Positions 1 to 9,703 of a stretch of 64,000 nt of DNA are shown piece after piece. Made by a program: the position numbers and the translations under genes. Source of the DNA: a virus; the IMG/VR virus record IMGVR_UViG_3300045988_065571; one strand, given 5' to 3'. The notes beneath the pieces were generated by a model that saw only the letters and a list, made by a program, of their open reading frames with translations, did not search any database and had not been told where the DNA came from. How positions within the stretch are numbered: the stretch's first letter is position 1; each line of letters begins with the position of its first letter.

Positions 1-1
1 T

Positions 2-379
2 GAAACCAAGGATATCACTATCGATATTCACTTGGTAGCAACCACTCAGAATGATATGAGATTACTACATTCTATTCTTCATGAAGCTTTACCTACTCGA
101 GGTTATATAAGACCTTACTTCAATGATTTAGAAGAATGGGATAAAGGTAGGATAGCTCCTACTGGGAATCTGTTTATAGAGATTGGTAATTTCTATGACC
201 ATCCAGATGAATCCCATGGATTATTGGAAAAGGTATACCAATATGTATGTAAGGATGGTATTATACCAGAAAAACTGGTAGAAATGGGGGATCTAATACC
301 TATAAAAGATATAAGTCTTTTACTAGGACCCGAATACCAAAAGGACGAGGAGATGCTAAATCTCAATATACATGTTTAA
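2..379 (+). CDS. hypothetical tail/neck-module protein, 5' end outside window
   Basis: Frame is open from nt 2 (no stop before the listed TTG at 32). Ends TAA at 379. Lies directly upstream of the sheath operon. Confidence 0.5.
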   Translation, partial: ETKDITIDIHLVATTQNDMRLLHSILHEALPTRGYIRPYFNDLEEWDKGRIAPTGNLFIEIGNFYDHPDESHGLLEKVYQYVCKDGIIPEKLVEMGDLIPIKDISLLLGPEYQKDEEMLNLNIHV

Positions 380-396
380 CTCAAAAATTTACTAAA

Positions 397-789
397 ATGA
401 AAAAGTTAGTGTTTATGTTGATGGCACTCATGGCTTTTATTTTGCCAGTGTCATTGTTTGCTGCAGAAGTAGAACCTTCAACTGGTTCAGAGTTCGTAAT
501 CAATCTGGGTACCTTTACGGGTATAGTAACTTTGGTATCATCTTTGGTTACTCAGATACTAAAGGTAATCCCAGCTATCAAAGACAACAAACTTGCTAAG
601 ATTGGTATATCTGCCTTAGTAGGTATTCTTGTATGTCTTATAGCTTGGGGATTACAACTTACACCATTATTGGAAAACTATCCTTTCTACCAGGTATTAA
701 TTTATGGATTAGCTGCTGGTTTATCAGGATGTGGTTTCTATGATGTGATTAAGGCTATCGGAGGTTTATTTAAGAATAAAGAGGATTAA
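397..789 (+). CDS. small membrane protein (signal/TM plus 2-3 further TM segments), holin-like topology
   Basis: Hydrophobic stretches MLMALMAFILPVSLFAA, GIVTLVSSLV, ALVGILVCLIAWGL, LIYGLAAGLSGCG, then a charged C-terminus KNKED. Confidence 0.5.
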   Translation: MKKLVFMLMALMAFILPVSLFAAEVEPSTGSEFVINLGTFTGIVTLVSSLVTQILKVIPAIKDNKLAKIGISALVGILVCLIAWGLQLTPLLENYPFYQVLIYGLAAGLSGCGFYDVIKAIGGLFKNKED

Positions 790-799
790 TTTTCTAATA

Positions 800-830
800 A
801 TACCAGTAAGGTAACGATACTTACTGGTAT
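800..830 (+). terminator. hairpin after membrane-protein gene
   Basis: Perfect 11-bp stem ATACCAGTAAG/CTTACTGGTAT with 9-nt loop. No clean U-tract. Confidence 0.4.
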
Positions 831-867
831 TAATTAAATTAATGTATAACCTATAAAACACAAGGAT

Positions 868-2628
868 ATGTCAAAATCACCAAGCGTTGTTTTTAAATTC
901 GAGAACAACAATGTTCAACAGACTACTCCTCTTTTAGGAGTATCATGTTTCTTGGCTAGAACTGAAAAAGGTCCCTATGATGATCCTTCAGAATTAATCA
1001 CTTCTTTCTCTCAATTCCAAAGAATATTTGGTAAAGAGATTGTACCTGATGGTTCTGTATCTAACATAGAGAAAGCTTTAGTAGGAGGTTCTAAGCTAAG
1101 AATTATTCGTGTATTGGGAGCAGGTGCTAAGAAAGGTACCATTTCTAAAGCAGAAGACTCTAGAGTATTAGAAGAAGATGAGATTGAATTAGCTTCTGCT
1201 ATACCCGGAGAAGTTCAAGCTTCTGAAGTAATGAAATTTACTTCTGGAGGTACGAATGTAAGCTTTGGTTTGGTAACTAAAGGATATGGTGATCCTATTG
1301 GTTCTGGAGAAACCTTTAAAGTAGGTTTTTCTAAATCAGTGAATACCATCTTCTATAACATATACGATGCCAATGGTTCCATCCTGGAATCAGGTCCGGT
1401 AATTACTTATAAAACTAAGGATGCTCAGAATAAAACTTCTGTAGATTACCTGGCTTTAAGCAACTTTGCTAGTAATTCTGCATATCTGGAACCTAAGATG
1501 GTAACCACTACCGATAAGATTAAATCTTTCGAAAACTTGGTAGCTTGGCTTCAGACTTCAATTGACCAAACCGAGAATCCCCTAACTATCCAAGTTGGAG
1601 GTAAAGAAGCAACTAGTACTGAGACTATGTTCAATGGTACACTGGGTACTGCTGGTGCTGATCCTACTGCAGATGAATGGATTGCTTCTTTGGACTTGGT
1701 AAAGGATTATACAGATGTTTATCAGCTAGCTTGTTCTCATATTCATCAACATCTGAAAACAGATCAAGATGTTTTAAAAGTACATAAGGCTGCTAAAGAT
1801 ATGTGTGCTGAATTGCAAGAATATACCTATTACATCGAAGTACCTAAATATACTACTCATTATTCTGAGGGAACTCAGCCTAGAAATAAGCAGAGTATTA
1901 TTACTTGGATTAATAACTGTTTGGGTAGTATCGGTAACTCTAGGTATGCGGCCTATTTTGCAGGTGGTATCAAGTACTACAATGAATTCGGATTACTTAC
2001 TAATTCAGATGTATTGGGTACTATCTTCGGTTTGGGTGATACTTCTGCTTCTAACTATGGACCTTGGAAGTCATTTGCCGGTATGAACCGAGGAGTAATC
2101 TATGATGGTCAGGGCCCAGTAAGTCCTAACTATGGTAGTGATTCCCGTTACAATGAACTAAACGAATTGGCTCAGATGTATGCTAACATGATTGTAATCA
2201 AGGATACTCCATCCTCTGGTAAACAGACCATGTTATGGCATTGTTTCTCTTCTCAAGTAAAACAGGATTCAGAAAGATTCCTTTCAATCGTAAGATTGAA
2301 TCTGTACTTGAAGAAGACTCTTCGTCCTATATTGAATAAGTATTTGGAAGAACCCAATATCTGGAGTACTTGGAAGAATATTTATCTTGAGGTAAAACCA
2401 ATCCTGGATAATTTGGTAGATGAAAATGCTATGTCAGAGTATACATGGATAGGTGACCAGGATGCTGGCTCTTATTCAGAACTCTCTGTAAATAATGAAG
2501 CTGATGTCCGTCAGGGTAAATATAAAGTAATCCTGAAGTACAAAGACATTGTTCCTATGCAAGAAATTACAATTAACATTGTAATCGATGCAGCTTCTAA
2601 ATCAGTTAACATTTCAGAAAACGAATAA
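868..2628 (+). CDS. contractile tail sheath protein
   Basis: 586 aa, immediately upstream of the tube gene. The C-terminal region (RLNLYLKKTLRPIL..EEPN..TW..I....ILDNL, then ..GKYKVILKY..) fits the conserved sheath C-terminal domain pattern. Confidence 0.75.
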   Translation: MSKSPSVVFKFENNNVQQTTPLLGVSCFLARTEKGPYDDPSELITSFSQFQRIFGKEIVPDGSVSNIEKALVGGSKLRIIRVLGAGAKKGTISKAEDSRVLEEDEIELASAIPGEVQASEVMKFTSGGTNVSFGLVTKGYGDPIGSGETFKVGFSKSVNTIFYNIYDANGSILESGPVITYKTKDAQNKTSVDYLALSNFASNSAYLEPKMVTTTDKIKSFENLVAWLQTSIDQTENPLTIQVGGKEATSTETMFNGTLGTAGADPTADEWIASLDLVKDYTDVYQLACSHIHQHLKTDQDVLKVHKAAKDMCAELQEYTYYIEVPKYTTHYSEGTQPRNKQSIITWINNCLGSIGNSRYAAYFAGGIKYYNEFGLLTNSDVLGTIFGLGDTSASNYGPWKSFAGMNRGVIYDGQGPVSPNYGSDSRYNELNELAQMYANMIVIKDTPSSGKQTMLWHCFSSQVKQDSERFLSIVRLNLYLKKTLRPILNKYLEEPNIWSTWKNIYLEVKPILDNLVDENAMSEYTWIGDQDAGSYSELSVNNEADVRQGKYKVILKYKDIVPMQEITINIVIDAASKSVNISENE

Positions 2629-2645
2629 CATTAAAATCATAAAAC

Positions 2646-3110
2646 ATGGGAGCAAAAGTAAAGAATCCTAGAAAGAAATTCTTATGGAGCATCTCTTTCC
2701 CAAAACATCCTATCAATACGTATTTATTCCAGACTTGCCAACTTCCGGATATAGAGATTGACCAGGTTGCTCATGGAGATGTAAACAGGGATGTAAAAAC
2801 TGCTGGTAGAGTTACCGTAGGTAATCTGGTAGTAGAGAAACTCTTAACTACTGCTGGTTCAGATACCTGGCTTCAAGATTGGTTATATTCTTGCCAAGAT
2901 ATGATAGCTGGAGGTGGGTTAGTTCCTAGTGAATATTGGGAAACTGCCATTGTAAATGAACTTGCAGAAGATGGAGTATCTGTCCTAAATACTTGGCTGC
3001 TTGAAGAAGTTTGGCCTTGTAAAGTAACTGGCCTTGACTTAGATCGTATGGCTTCAGAAAACACAATAGAAAATATAGAATTTTCTGTCGGTACTTGCGA
3101 TAAGTATTAA
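2646..3110 (+). CDS. tail tube protein (gp19-like)
   Basis: 154 aa directly after the sheath gene. Tube-like pattern: WSISFP...CQLPDIEIDQV..., ...VWPCKVTGLDLD...ENIEF. Confidence 0.7.
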   Translation: MGAKVKNPRKKFLWSISFPKHPINTYLFQTCQLPDIEIDQVAHGDVNRDVKTAGRVTVGNLVVEKLLTTAGSDTWLQDWLYSCQDMIAGGGLVPSEYWETAIVNELAEDGVSVLNTWLLEEVWPCKVTGLDLDRMASENTIENIEFSVGTCDKY

Positions 3111-3146
3111 TTCTCTTAGTCATTTTCTTACTAGAGTTTTAGGTGG

Positions 3147-3190
3147 AGGGGTGGGATTCCTAGATAAGGAGTTTCACCCCTTTCTTGTTG
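3147..3190 (+). terminator. weak hairpin / attenuator after tube gene
   Basis: AGGGGTG/CACCCCT stem with a 21-nt loop, followed by TTTCTTGTTG. Confidence 0.3.
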
Positions 3191-3237
3191 ATACTTACCG
3201 CTACTATGAAATTATGAACTTTTAAAAATTAGATAAA

Positions 3238-4020
3238 ATGGATATGACACTAAGAACCTTAGTATTCACTGCTCCTTCTGGTAGACTTTTTGAAATCAGA
3301 GAGCAGAATGGTGAAGATGAAGAAATTATCACCAACCCGGTAGATTCAAAAAATCTTATGAATCTTACCAAGTATATTTCAGCAATAGTAGTTAAAACGA
3401 ATGCTACTAAGTCAGGTAGATTAACCATAGAGGATGCTCTTAAGTTACCTTTGCTGGATAGATACTGTATCCTATTTAATTCTCGAATCTTCTCTTTGGG
3501 AGAAGAAGTAGAATTTACTTATAAATGGGATAACAAGGATTCTGTAACTTACTCTCAGGACTTGAGAGAATTTCTTTTCGATTATGCAGTACTTCCTACA
3601 GAACAAGAAATGGAAGAAAAACCCAATGCCATTCCTTACTACCCGGGAAGAAAAGGAGAAGATGGATTTACTCTTATGCAATATACAGAGGAATTGAACT
3701 CAGGTAAGGTAATCCAATTCGAATTGATGGATGGAGAAAAAGAGTCTCAGATGGTTCAGCTTTCACCAAGTAAACTTACTCGACACTCTACTCTTCTTCT
3801 TCGTAATCTTAAGTTAAAGGTAGATGATAAATTTGAGAAAGTAGAAAACTTCTCTTTATTCTCATCAAGGGATATGGCAGAAATTCATCGGTTGGTAAAT
3901 ACAGTAGACCCAATCTTCCATGGATATACTCAAATCGAAAATCCAGAAACTGGGAACATGATGGATTACCCAATTATGGCTGCTCCTGATTTTTTCTACT
4001 TGACGGGAGATATAATTTAG
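3238..4020 (+). CDS. tail assembly chaperone (gpG-like), 0-frame product
   Basis: Position between the tube and tape-measure genes. Carries the slippery T_TTT_TTC near its 3' end. Confidence 0.5.
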   Translation: MDMTLRTLVFTAPSGRLFEIREQNGEDEEIITNPVDSKNLMNLTKYISAIVVKTNATKSGRLTIEDALKLPLLDRYCILFNSRIFSLGEEVEFTYKWDNKDSVTYSQDLREFLFDYAVLPTEQEMEEKPNAIPYYPGRKGEDGFTLMQYTEELNSGKVIQFELMDGEKESQMVQLSPSKLTRHSTLLLRNLKLKVDDKFEKVENFSLFSSRDMAEIHRLVNTVDPIFHGYTQIENPETGNMMDYPIMAAPDFFYLTGDII

Positions 4021-4163
4021 AGGAAGATTACATATACATTACTCGGGCTGAGATAGTCTTAGACTATCTCACCTTTTTGTGTCTACCCGTTCGTAAAAGA
4101 AAGAAATTCCTACTCATAGCTGAGAATTATTATAAACAAATGAAGAAGAAAATGTCAACATGA
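3990..4163 (+). CDS. -1 frame extension of the tail chaperone (GT-like frameshift product, C-terminal part)
   Basis: A -1 slip at TTTTTTC (3990-3996) opens 57 stop-free codons (hand translated). They end at TGA 4161-4163, overlapping the tape-measure ATG at 4160. Confidence 0.45.
   Translation, partial: FFLLDGRYNLEEDYIYITRAEIVLDYLTFLCLPVRKRKKFLLIAENYYKQMKKKMST
4050..4079 (+). terminator. hairpin plus T-run between chaperone and tape measure
   Basis: 9-bp stem GAGATAGTC/GACTATCTC, loop TTA, then ACCTTTTTG. Confidence 0.4.
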
Positions 4164-6082
4164 TAGGAGATACAAAAAGTTTAGTAGAAGTCGGGGTATC
4201 AATGGTACTCCGAGATAAGTTTAGCTCTGAAACCGGTAAAATTTCACAATCATTCAACAATATGATGAATGATATGAATGACTGGAACAGGGCTATTCAG
4301 ATGAGTGCAGGTAATGCTGTACAAAACAGTATGAAATTCCTTGGAGGCATGGCAGAAGCTTATCAGTATTCGGCCAAGGTCCAAGATACTATATTCATGG
4401 CTTCAAAGATTGCAGGAGCTACAGCTGAGCAACAAACCGAAATGATGCAATTAGCTCAAGCAGTCAATGCCGTTACTCCCCTGACTGCTGCCGATATTGC
4501 TTCTGGTCAAAGGTACTTAGCCATGGCAGGTAATACAGTAGAACAGATAAAGGATATGACTGGTCCTGCTGCTAAGCTAGCATCTATCCTTGGTCAACCC
4601 TTTGGAGGTAAAGGAGGTGTAGCTGACTTGATGACTAATATCATGTCAATGTATGTTATACCTTCTCAACAAGCTACTAAGGTTACAGATGATTTATATA
4701 CGGCTGTAACTAACGCTAATATGTCTCTTACCGATTTGGCTCAAGCTATTACTTATGCTGGAGCTGACATGGCTAATGCAGGCTATGACTTAAGACAGAC
4801 TGCGGCAGCTATTGGTGTATTGGGGGATATGGGTATTCAGGGTTCATCAGCTGGTACTGCATTAGCAAATATGATCCGTTATTTGCAACTTTCTTTAGCC
4901 GACCAGAAAAAGAAAGGATTTAGTGCATTAACTAGTTTAGGTTTAAGTCCACAAGATTTCTTTGATGCTGAAGGTAATCTTATTCGATTAGATAAGGTAT
5001 ATCGTAAGTTTGGAGAAGCTCTTATGAATAAACCGCTTCTGGAAAGAACTAAAGCTTTCTATAATATCTTCGGAGTTCGAGGTACTCGTGATATTTCTAA
5101 TCAGATTCGAAATATGATGTCTGGTTCTGATAAGATGACTAAGATATTAGAGCAATACGATAAGAACTCGGGTATAGTAGAAGAGGTTACTGAGGAAAGA
5201 TTAAAGACTCCACAGGGTATCATTGAAGCTTTTAAATCTAACTTTGAAAACTTAGTAGTAAATATAGGGTCAACTTTAGCCGACGTCTTTAATCCTATAT
5301 TAACTGTATTCACTAAGATATCTCAATGGGTACAAGGAATAGCTGGTACTATAGGAGGTCAGATAGTAGTTAAAGCATTAGCTTGGGGATCAATTACAGC
5401 TTTAGTAGTAAATGGCTATAGGTACTTAGCTGCTACTGGTAGAATGCTTTCTACTTATATGCAACAAACCAATACCCAATCTCAGGCTACGGCAAGTGGA
5501 GTTAGTAAGTCTGCTTCTGCTGCAGCTGTATTAGAAGCTAGATTAATACATATCACTCAGATCATGAGAGAACAGTATTACCTTCAAAAAGCAATGGCTT
5601 TCGGTTGGACTGCTGGGCCTAGAGGAGGTTGGTATGGACCTAACGGTAAACCCATTAGGAAGTTTGGAATACCTGGCCCAACATTGGGAGGTCTTGGAGG
5701 AGGTACTACTAAACCACTTACACCTCCTGCCGGACCTGCAGTAGCTAGGTTAGGTATGAAAGGTTTATTCGGTAGATTGGCTGGATTCTTGGGAGGTCCT
5801 TGGGGGATGGCTATTGGTATAGCATTACCTCTTGTAGCAGATTATTTACCTAGGCTAATAGACTCACTGAATAAGAATACTGATTCTAATCTATCAAAGG
5901 AAACTCTAACTAGCGATGAATACTTAACTGAGAAAATGGCAAGAGCTATCAGGGCAGCTCTACTGAATGATAAACCCAATGGTACTGTTAACATTACTAT
6001 TGATGGAGCTCCTGTTGGTTCTGTAGCTCCAGGTGAAACTTTAGGAGTTAATTATGCTACTCAAATTGGATTAATACCTTAA
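4160..6082 (+). CDS. tail tape measure protein
   Basis: 640 aa, largely helical and Ala/Gly/Met-rich. Has a TMP-core-like segment LGDMGIQGSSAGTALANMIRY and a Gly-rich hydrophobic C-terminal part. Position follows the chaperone. Confidence 0.85.
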   Translation: MIGDTKSLVEVGVSMVLRDKFSSETGKISQSFNNMMNDMNDWNRAIQMSAGNAVQNSMKFLGGMAEAYQYSAKVQDTIFMASKIAGATAEQQTEMMQLAQAVNAVTPLTAADIASGQRYLAMAGNTVEQIKDMTGPAAKLASILGQPFGGKGGVADLMTNIMSMYVIPSQQATKVTDDLYTAVTNANMSLTDLAQAITYAGADMANAGYDLRQTAAAIGVLGDMGIQGSSAGTALANMIRYLQLSLADQKKKGFSALTSLGLSPQDFFDAEGNLIRLDKVYRKFGEALMNKPLLERTKAFYNIFGVRGTRDISNQIRNMMSGSDKMTKILEQYDKNSGIVEEVTEERLKTPQGIIEAFKSNFENLVVNIGSTLADVFNPILTVFTKISQWVQGIAGTIGGQIVVKALAWGSITALVVNGYRYLAATGRMLSTYMQQTNTQSQATASGVSKSASAAAVLEARLIHITQIMREQYYLQKAMAFGWTAGPRGGWYGPNGKPIRKFGIPGPTLGGLGGGTTKPLTPPAGPAVARLGMKGLFGRLAGFLGGPWGMAIGIALPLVADYLPRLIDSLNKNTDSNLSKETLTSDEYLTEKMARAIRAALLNDKPNGTVNITIDGAPVGSVAPGETLGVNYATQIGLIP

Positions 6083-6085
6083 ATT

Positions 6086-7012
6086 ATGGCAAGAATATTA
6101 GGAAAACTAGCAGGTAAGGTTGTTAAGAAATATAATAATCTTACCCAAGATACTGCTGGAGTACTTACCGGTCCCATAAATAAATTATGGAGAGCTAAGA
6201 TACACCTTAACCGATTAACTTCGGGTTTACCTAAGGATACTGCTCCAAGAGGTAAACTGTTTAATCCTAATGGGGCTTTGGGAGAAAGGGAAAGATCTTC
6301 CAAGAATCCAGTACTTAACAGTTCTCTTCAAAGTATTAGGAGATTACAACTTCAGCATGGGAATATTAAGATTGACCGAGATGATCCTGCTCAAGGTAGG
6401 ACTGTAGTAGAAAACAATAAACTTTATGGAGTAAGTCAAGATATAAGAAAACTGAACCAGGTAATCATATATAATACTAATGTTAGCCCATACCAATATA
6501 TTGTTTTACAGAATAGACCTCTGAGCTTTGACTTTAGAGGAGAAACAACTTGGGCTACCATTAAGTCTATGGGTAGAAATACTCCTATGTATCATTATAC
6601 TGGTTCAGAAGATATTGTACAATTCAATGTATCTTGGTACTGTGATGATCCGGATAATCCTGCTGAAGTATTAACTAAATGTAGGTTATTAGAATCCTGG
6701 AGTAAATCCAATGCTTATCAAGCAGCTCCTCCAATCTTACAGATTCAGTGGGGAAATTCTGATACTTTTGAAGGTCATTATTATATACTTACTTCTGCCA
6801 CATATTCTCTTTCTAATTTTAGAAATGCTTCTAGACAACGTATGAAAGGTTCAGTAGATATAAGAGAAGACCTAAATCTGTATCCTGCTACTGCTACTCA
6901 AGAATTAATCTTCAAACGAGTAAGCTCATATAGTTTATCTTATGAGGATATTGTTAAAAGTAAAGCTACAGAAAAGACTGTGGGTATTTTTACAACTGAT
7001 AAAATTAAGTAA
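6086..7012 (+). CDS. tail/baseplate protein (possible tube-initiator-like)
   Basis: 308 aa, located between the tape measure and the LysM/hub genes. No firm motif. Confidence 0.4.
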   Translation: MARILGKLAGKVVKKYNNLTQDTAGVLTGPINKLWRAKIHLNRLTSGLPKDTAPRGKLFNPNGALGERERSSKNPVLNSSLQSIRRLQLQHGNIKIDRDDPAQGRTVVENNKLYGVSQDIRKLNQVIIYNTNVSPYQYIVLQNRPLSFDFRGETTWATIKSMGRNTPMYHYTGSEDIVQFNVSWYCDDPDNPAEVLTKCRLLESWSKSNAYQAAPPILQIQWGNSDTFEGHYYILTSATYSLSNFRNASRQRMKGSVDIREDLNLYPATATQELIFKRVSSYSLSYEDIVKSKATEKTVGIFTTDKIK

Positions 7013-7014
7013 CC

Positions 7015-7302
7015 ATGGATATAACTTCTTATTTAGTTGGAGCAAGTCCATACGATAATGGGTTTACTCTAAATTATGGAGATGGAGATTATTCTTTAGA
7101 ATCCTACCCTTTACTTATACCCTCTTCTCCTAATGACTTTCAGCATACCTTGAAAGAGGGTGAAACTCTACAGAATATCGCTTATAGGTATTATGGAGAT
7201 TCTGGTAAATGGTATGTTATTGCTGAGTATAATAATATAATAAACCCGTTCACTGAATTAAAAGGTGGGATGGTATTAATGATACCGGCTTATGGAAGTT
7301 AA
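7015..7302 (+). CDS. LysM-domain tail protein (P2 gpX-like)
   Basis: C-terminal LysM pattern HTLKEGETLQNIAYRYYGDSGKWYVIAEYNNI...G..L.IP. Small size and position upstream of the hub. Confidence 0.7.
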   Translation: MDITSYLVGASPYDNGFTLNYGDGDYSLESYPLLIPSSPNDFQHTLKEGETLQNIAYRYYGDSGKWYVIAEYNNIINPFTELKGGMVLMIPAYGS

Positions 7303-7786
7303 AGCAAATAACCCTATATTATATAAGGGCACAGGTACTCCTTACCTAGCCATCTTTGATAATCAAGGTATACCAGTTATGAATCCTCTTACTGGTATAC
7401 CTTTAGGAGCGTATATAAGTAGCTGGTCATATGTATATGATGAAGAAAAAGAAAACTTAGCTACAATAACTATTGATACTGGTAATCCAGATACTGTAGA
7501 TGTAGAAGCTTTACAGGAAAATAGAGATATCTTTTTACAGTGGGGATATATTTTTAGTGATGGTACATTTGTATCAAGCCCAGCTATAAATATCAAAGTA
7601 AGAGATTTCGATTGTATCTTTGATTCTACAGGTACCCATATAACTATCAAATGTATTGATGGCACGAATCATCTTAGGTTTATGCCCCCTCATAAACCTA
7701 CTGAGGATACCGATGATAGTATGGTTAAATTCTTGGATTCAGGATGCGGATTAAATGTTGGAGTAATAATAGAAAGATTTGAGTAA
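7292..7786 (+). CDS. baseplate hub protein, gpD-like N-terminal module
   Basis: 164 aa. Its stop overlaps the start of the next ORF (TAATG). The pattern ...ISSWSYVYDEEKENLATITID...LQWGY... resembles gpD-type N-termini. Confidence 0.45.
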   Translation: MEVKANNPILYKGTGTPYLAIFDNQGIPVMNPLTGIPLGAYISSWSYVYDEEKENLATITIDTGNPDTVDVEALQENRDIFLQWGYIFSDGTFVSSPAINIKVRDFDCIFDSTGTHITIKCIDGTNHLRFMPPHKPTEDTDDSMVKFLDSGCGLNVGVIIERFE

Positions 7787-9702
7787 TGGCAAATATAATA
7801 AGTAATCAAGCTTATGAAGCTATACAGGTACCAACAGAAGTTACTCCTGAAGTACAGGGTACCATTCTGTATGCTAATCAATTTAGTGGCATAGGTCAAG
7901 TTGGTATGCCAGATGATTTAGCTGAAGTACTTAATTCTAACTTAGGTACAATAGGTAATAATGTTCTAGTTCAACTAGAAGCTAAAATGGCTGCCTATGG
8001 TAATGGGCCTTGGTATGTGGATAGTAGAGATGGGGTAATTTACATACATAACCGTAAGTTTCAACAACCTCCTCATCATACCTACATATTCCAAGCTGAA
8101 AACGGAGAAGTATTAAGAGTATCTTTTACTACTCAAAGATCTACTAAGCAGAAGATGATGCAAGTGGGTAATACTATAAAACCTGAGGATAAGCAAATAC
8201 AAATCCAGGTAAGTTACATCGATGACCAACAGAATGAGATTCTACATGACCCACTACAGTTAGATGCCCTATCTACAGTAGATGTGCAAAGCCCAGGATT
8301 ATTTCATAGATCCCCCGAAGTTTTAAAACCCCATGTTGATAGTAAGGTAGAGAAATGGAAAGAAGATAGATTGAAATCCTTAGATGAAGAATTGGCTTCT
8401 AAAAAACAAGCTCAAAGACTAAAGACTGAATCTGCTAAGAAAGAATATGATGCTAAGGGTACTGGTTATTTAGATGCAGGTGGTGGATTAGAGTCTATGT
8501 CCGATACAGAATTAAGGGATGCTACTTCTCAAATGCTAGAGGAAGCTTATACTAAAGGAGAACTAACAAATATAAAATCTTCTATTGATGCACTAGTAGC
8601 GGGAGGAATGGACCTTACTTCTGCAATGAAACAAGTATACCAGGGTTTAAATTTTGTATTCAAAAATAAATACACTGAGGTATGGACTGAAGTCTGGGAA
8701 GATCCTCGTTCATATTCTTCTGGGGAATTAAAGTCTTCTAGTCGTGTGAACAGTATGACTGAACTGAATGCTGAGAAAAGGAAAACTCAGGAGGGATTAG
8801 CTAAAATGCAAGAAGACCCAAATATCATTGTCTACCCCTTAACTCTTCATGAAGAATCATATTATCCTCAAACTTATAACCCAGTCCAAGCTGGTAGAGG
8901 CCCTGGAGATAATCACGGATATTATCGAAGCAGAGTAAAGGTATTCAAAAAAGTAAAACAGCTTTTGAAGGTACCAGCTTGGAAAACTCTTACTAACTTA
9001 TATGATAGAACTGGAGGAGTAGGTAATAGAGAAAGAGCAATGAGGATAAATGCTAATGGAGGTTTAAAGGTAACCGAGAAAAAGCTAGTCTGTCAAATGC
9101 AAGTAGTAGGAAGACCTTCATTAAAAACTTCAATGGTACTTCAGCTTTTGAACGTTGGTAAAAGATGGTCAGGTTATTGGTATATAAAGAAATGTACTCA
9201 TAGGATGGATGCTGGTACTGGCTATATTACTGACTTAGAATTAGTTAGGAATAATGGAACCGCTGGCTTTCAAGTTGCTGCTGGTAATATTAATACTCAA
9301 GATGTAGTATCTAATAATGCCCGAAGTCAAGGAACTACTGATGTAGGTAAGAATAAAGCTGGAGATGCTCATTCTTCTGATTTTACCATAAATGCTACTA
9401 AGGCAGAATATGAAGCCTTCAAAGCCTTGGATGGTAATACCGAAGAACAAAGAAAGTTTGTTCAAGATATGGTTATCTATAGGGAACAGAATGCTAATAC
9501 TCCTACCAAAGGTAATGATGGCATCATAGAAGTAGAAAGAACTGTATACCAATCTACAGGTAAAGATGGAGAAGATGTAGTTACCATTACTAATGTTAAA
9601 CGTAAAAAGGTAGAAGCTACTAAGGATGTATATCGAAAGTATAATTTCAATATAGATTACATTATTAAACAGATGAACCAAGACTTTTCTAAAACTGAAT
9701 AA
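7786..9702 (+). CDS. baseplate hub protein (gpD / gp27-like) with long insertions
   Basis: The segment VVGRPSLKTSMVLQLLNVGKRWSGYWYIKKCTHRMDAGTGYITDLELV fits the gpD/late-control-D C-terminal pattern. A coiled, charged middle region is present. Confidence 0.5.
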   Translation: MANIISNQAYEAIQVPTEVTPEVQGTILYANQFSGIGQVGMPDDLAEVLNSNLGTIGNNVLVQLEAKMAAYGNGPWYVDSRDGVIYIHNRKFQQPPHHTYIFQAENGEVLRVSFTTQRSTKQKMMQVGNTIKPEDKQIQIQVSYIDDQQNEILHDPLQLDALSTVDVQSPGLFHRSPEVLKPHVDSKVEKWKEDRLKSLDEELASKKQAQRLKTESAKKEYDAKGTGYLDAGGGLESMSDTELRDATSQMLEEAYTKGELTNIKSSIDALVAGGMDLTSAMKQVYQGLNFVFKNKYTEVWTEVWEDPRSYSSGELKSSSRVNSMTELNAEKRKTQEGLAKMQEDPNIIVYPLTLHEESYYPQTYNPVQAGRGPGDNHGYYRSRVKVFKKVKQLLKVPAWKTLTNLYDRTGGVGNRERAMRINANGGLKVTEKKLVCQMQVVGRPSLKTSMVLQLLNVGKRWSGYWYIKKCTHRMDAGTGYITDLELVRNNGTAGFQVAAGNINTQDVVSNNARSQGTTDVGKNKAGDAHSSDFTINATKAEYEAFKALDGNTEEQRKFVQDMVIYREQNANTPTKGNDGIIEVERTVYQSTGKDGEDVVTITNVKRKKVEATKDVYRKYNFNIDYIIKQMNQDFSKTE

Positions 9703-9703
9703 T

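Noticed and set aside
1805-2086. 93-aa ORF nested in an alternative frame of the tail sheath gene
   Set aside because: It lies entirely inside a well-supported structural gene, has a hydrophobic junk-like composition and has no independent signals.
9241-9681. 146-aa antisense ORF opposite the hub gene. Similar antisense ORFs occur at 34571..34912, 18882..19217, 7363..7665 and 52242..52514.
   Set aside because: These are I/S/F/L-rich translations typical of the reverse strand of AT-rich coding DNA. Each overlaps a motif-supported + strand gene.
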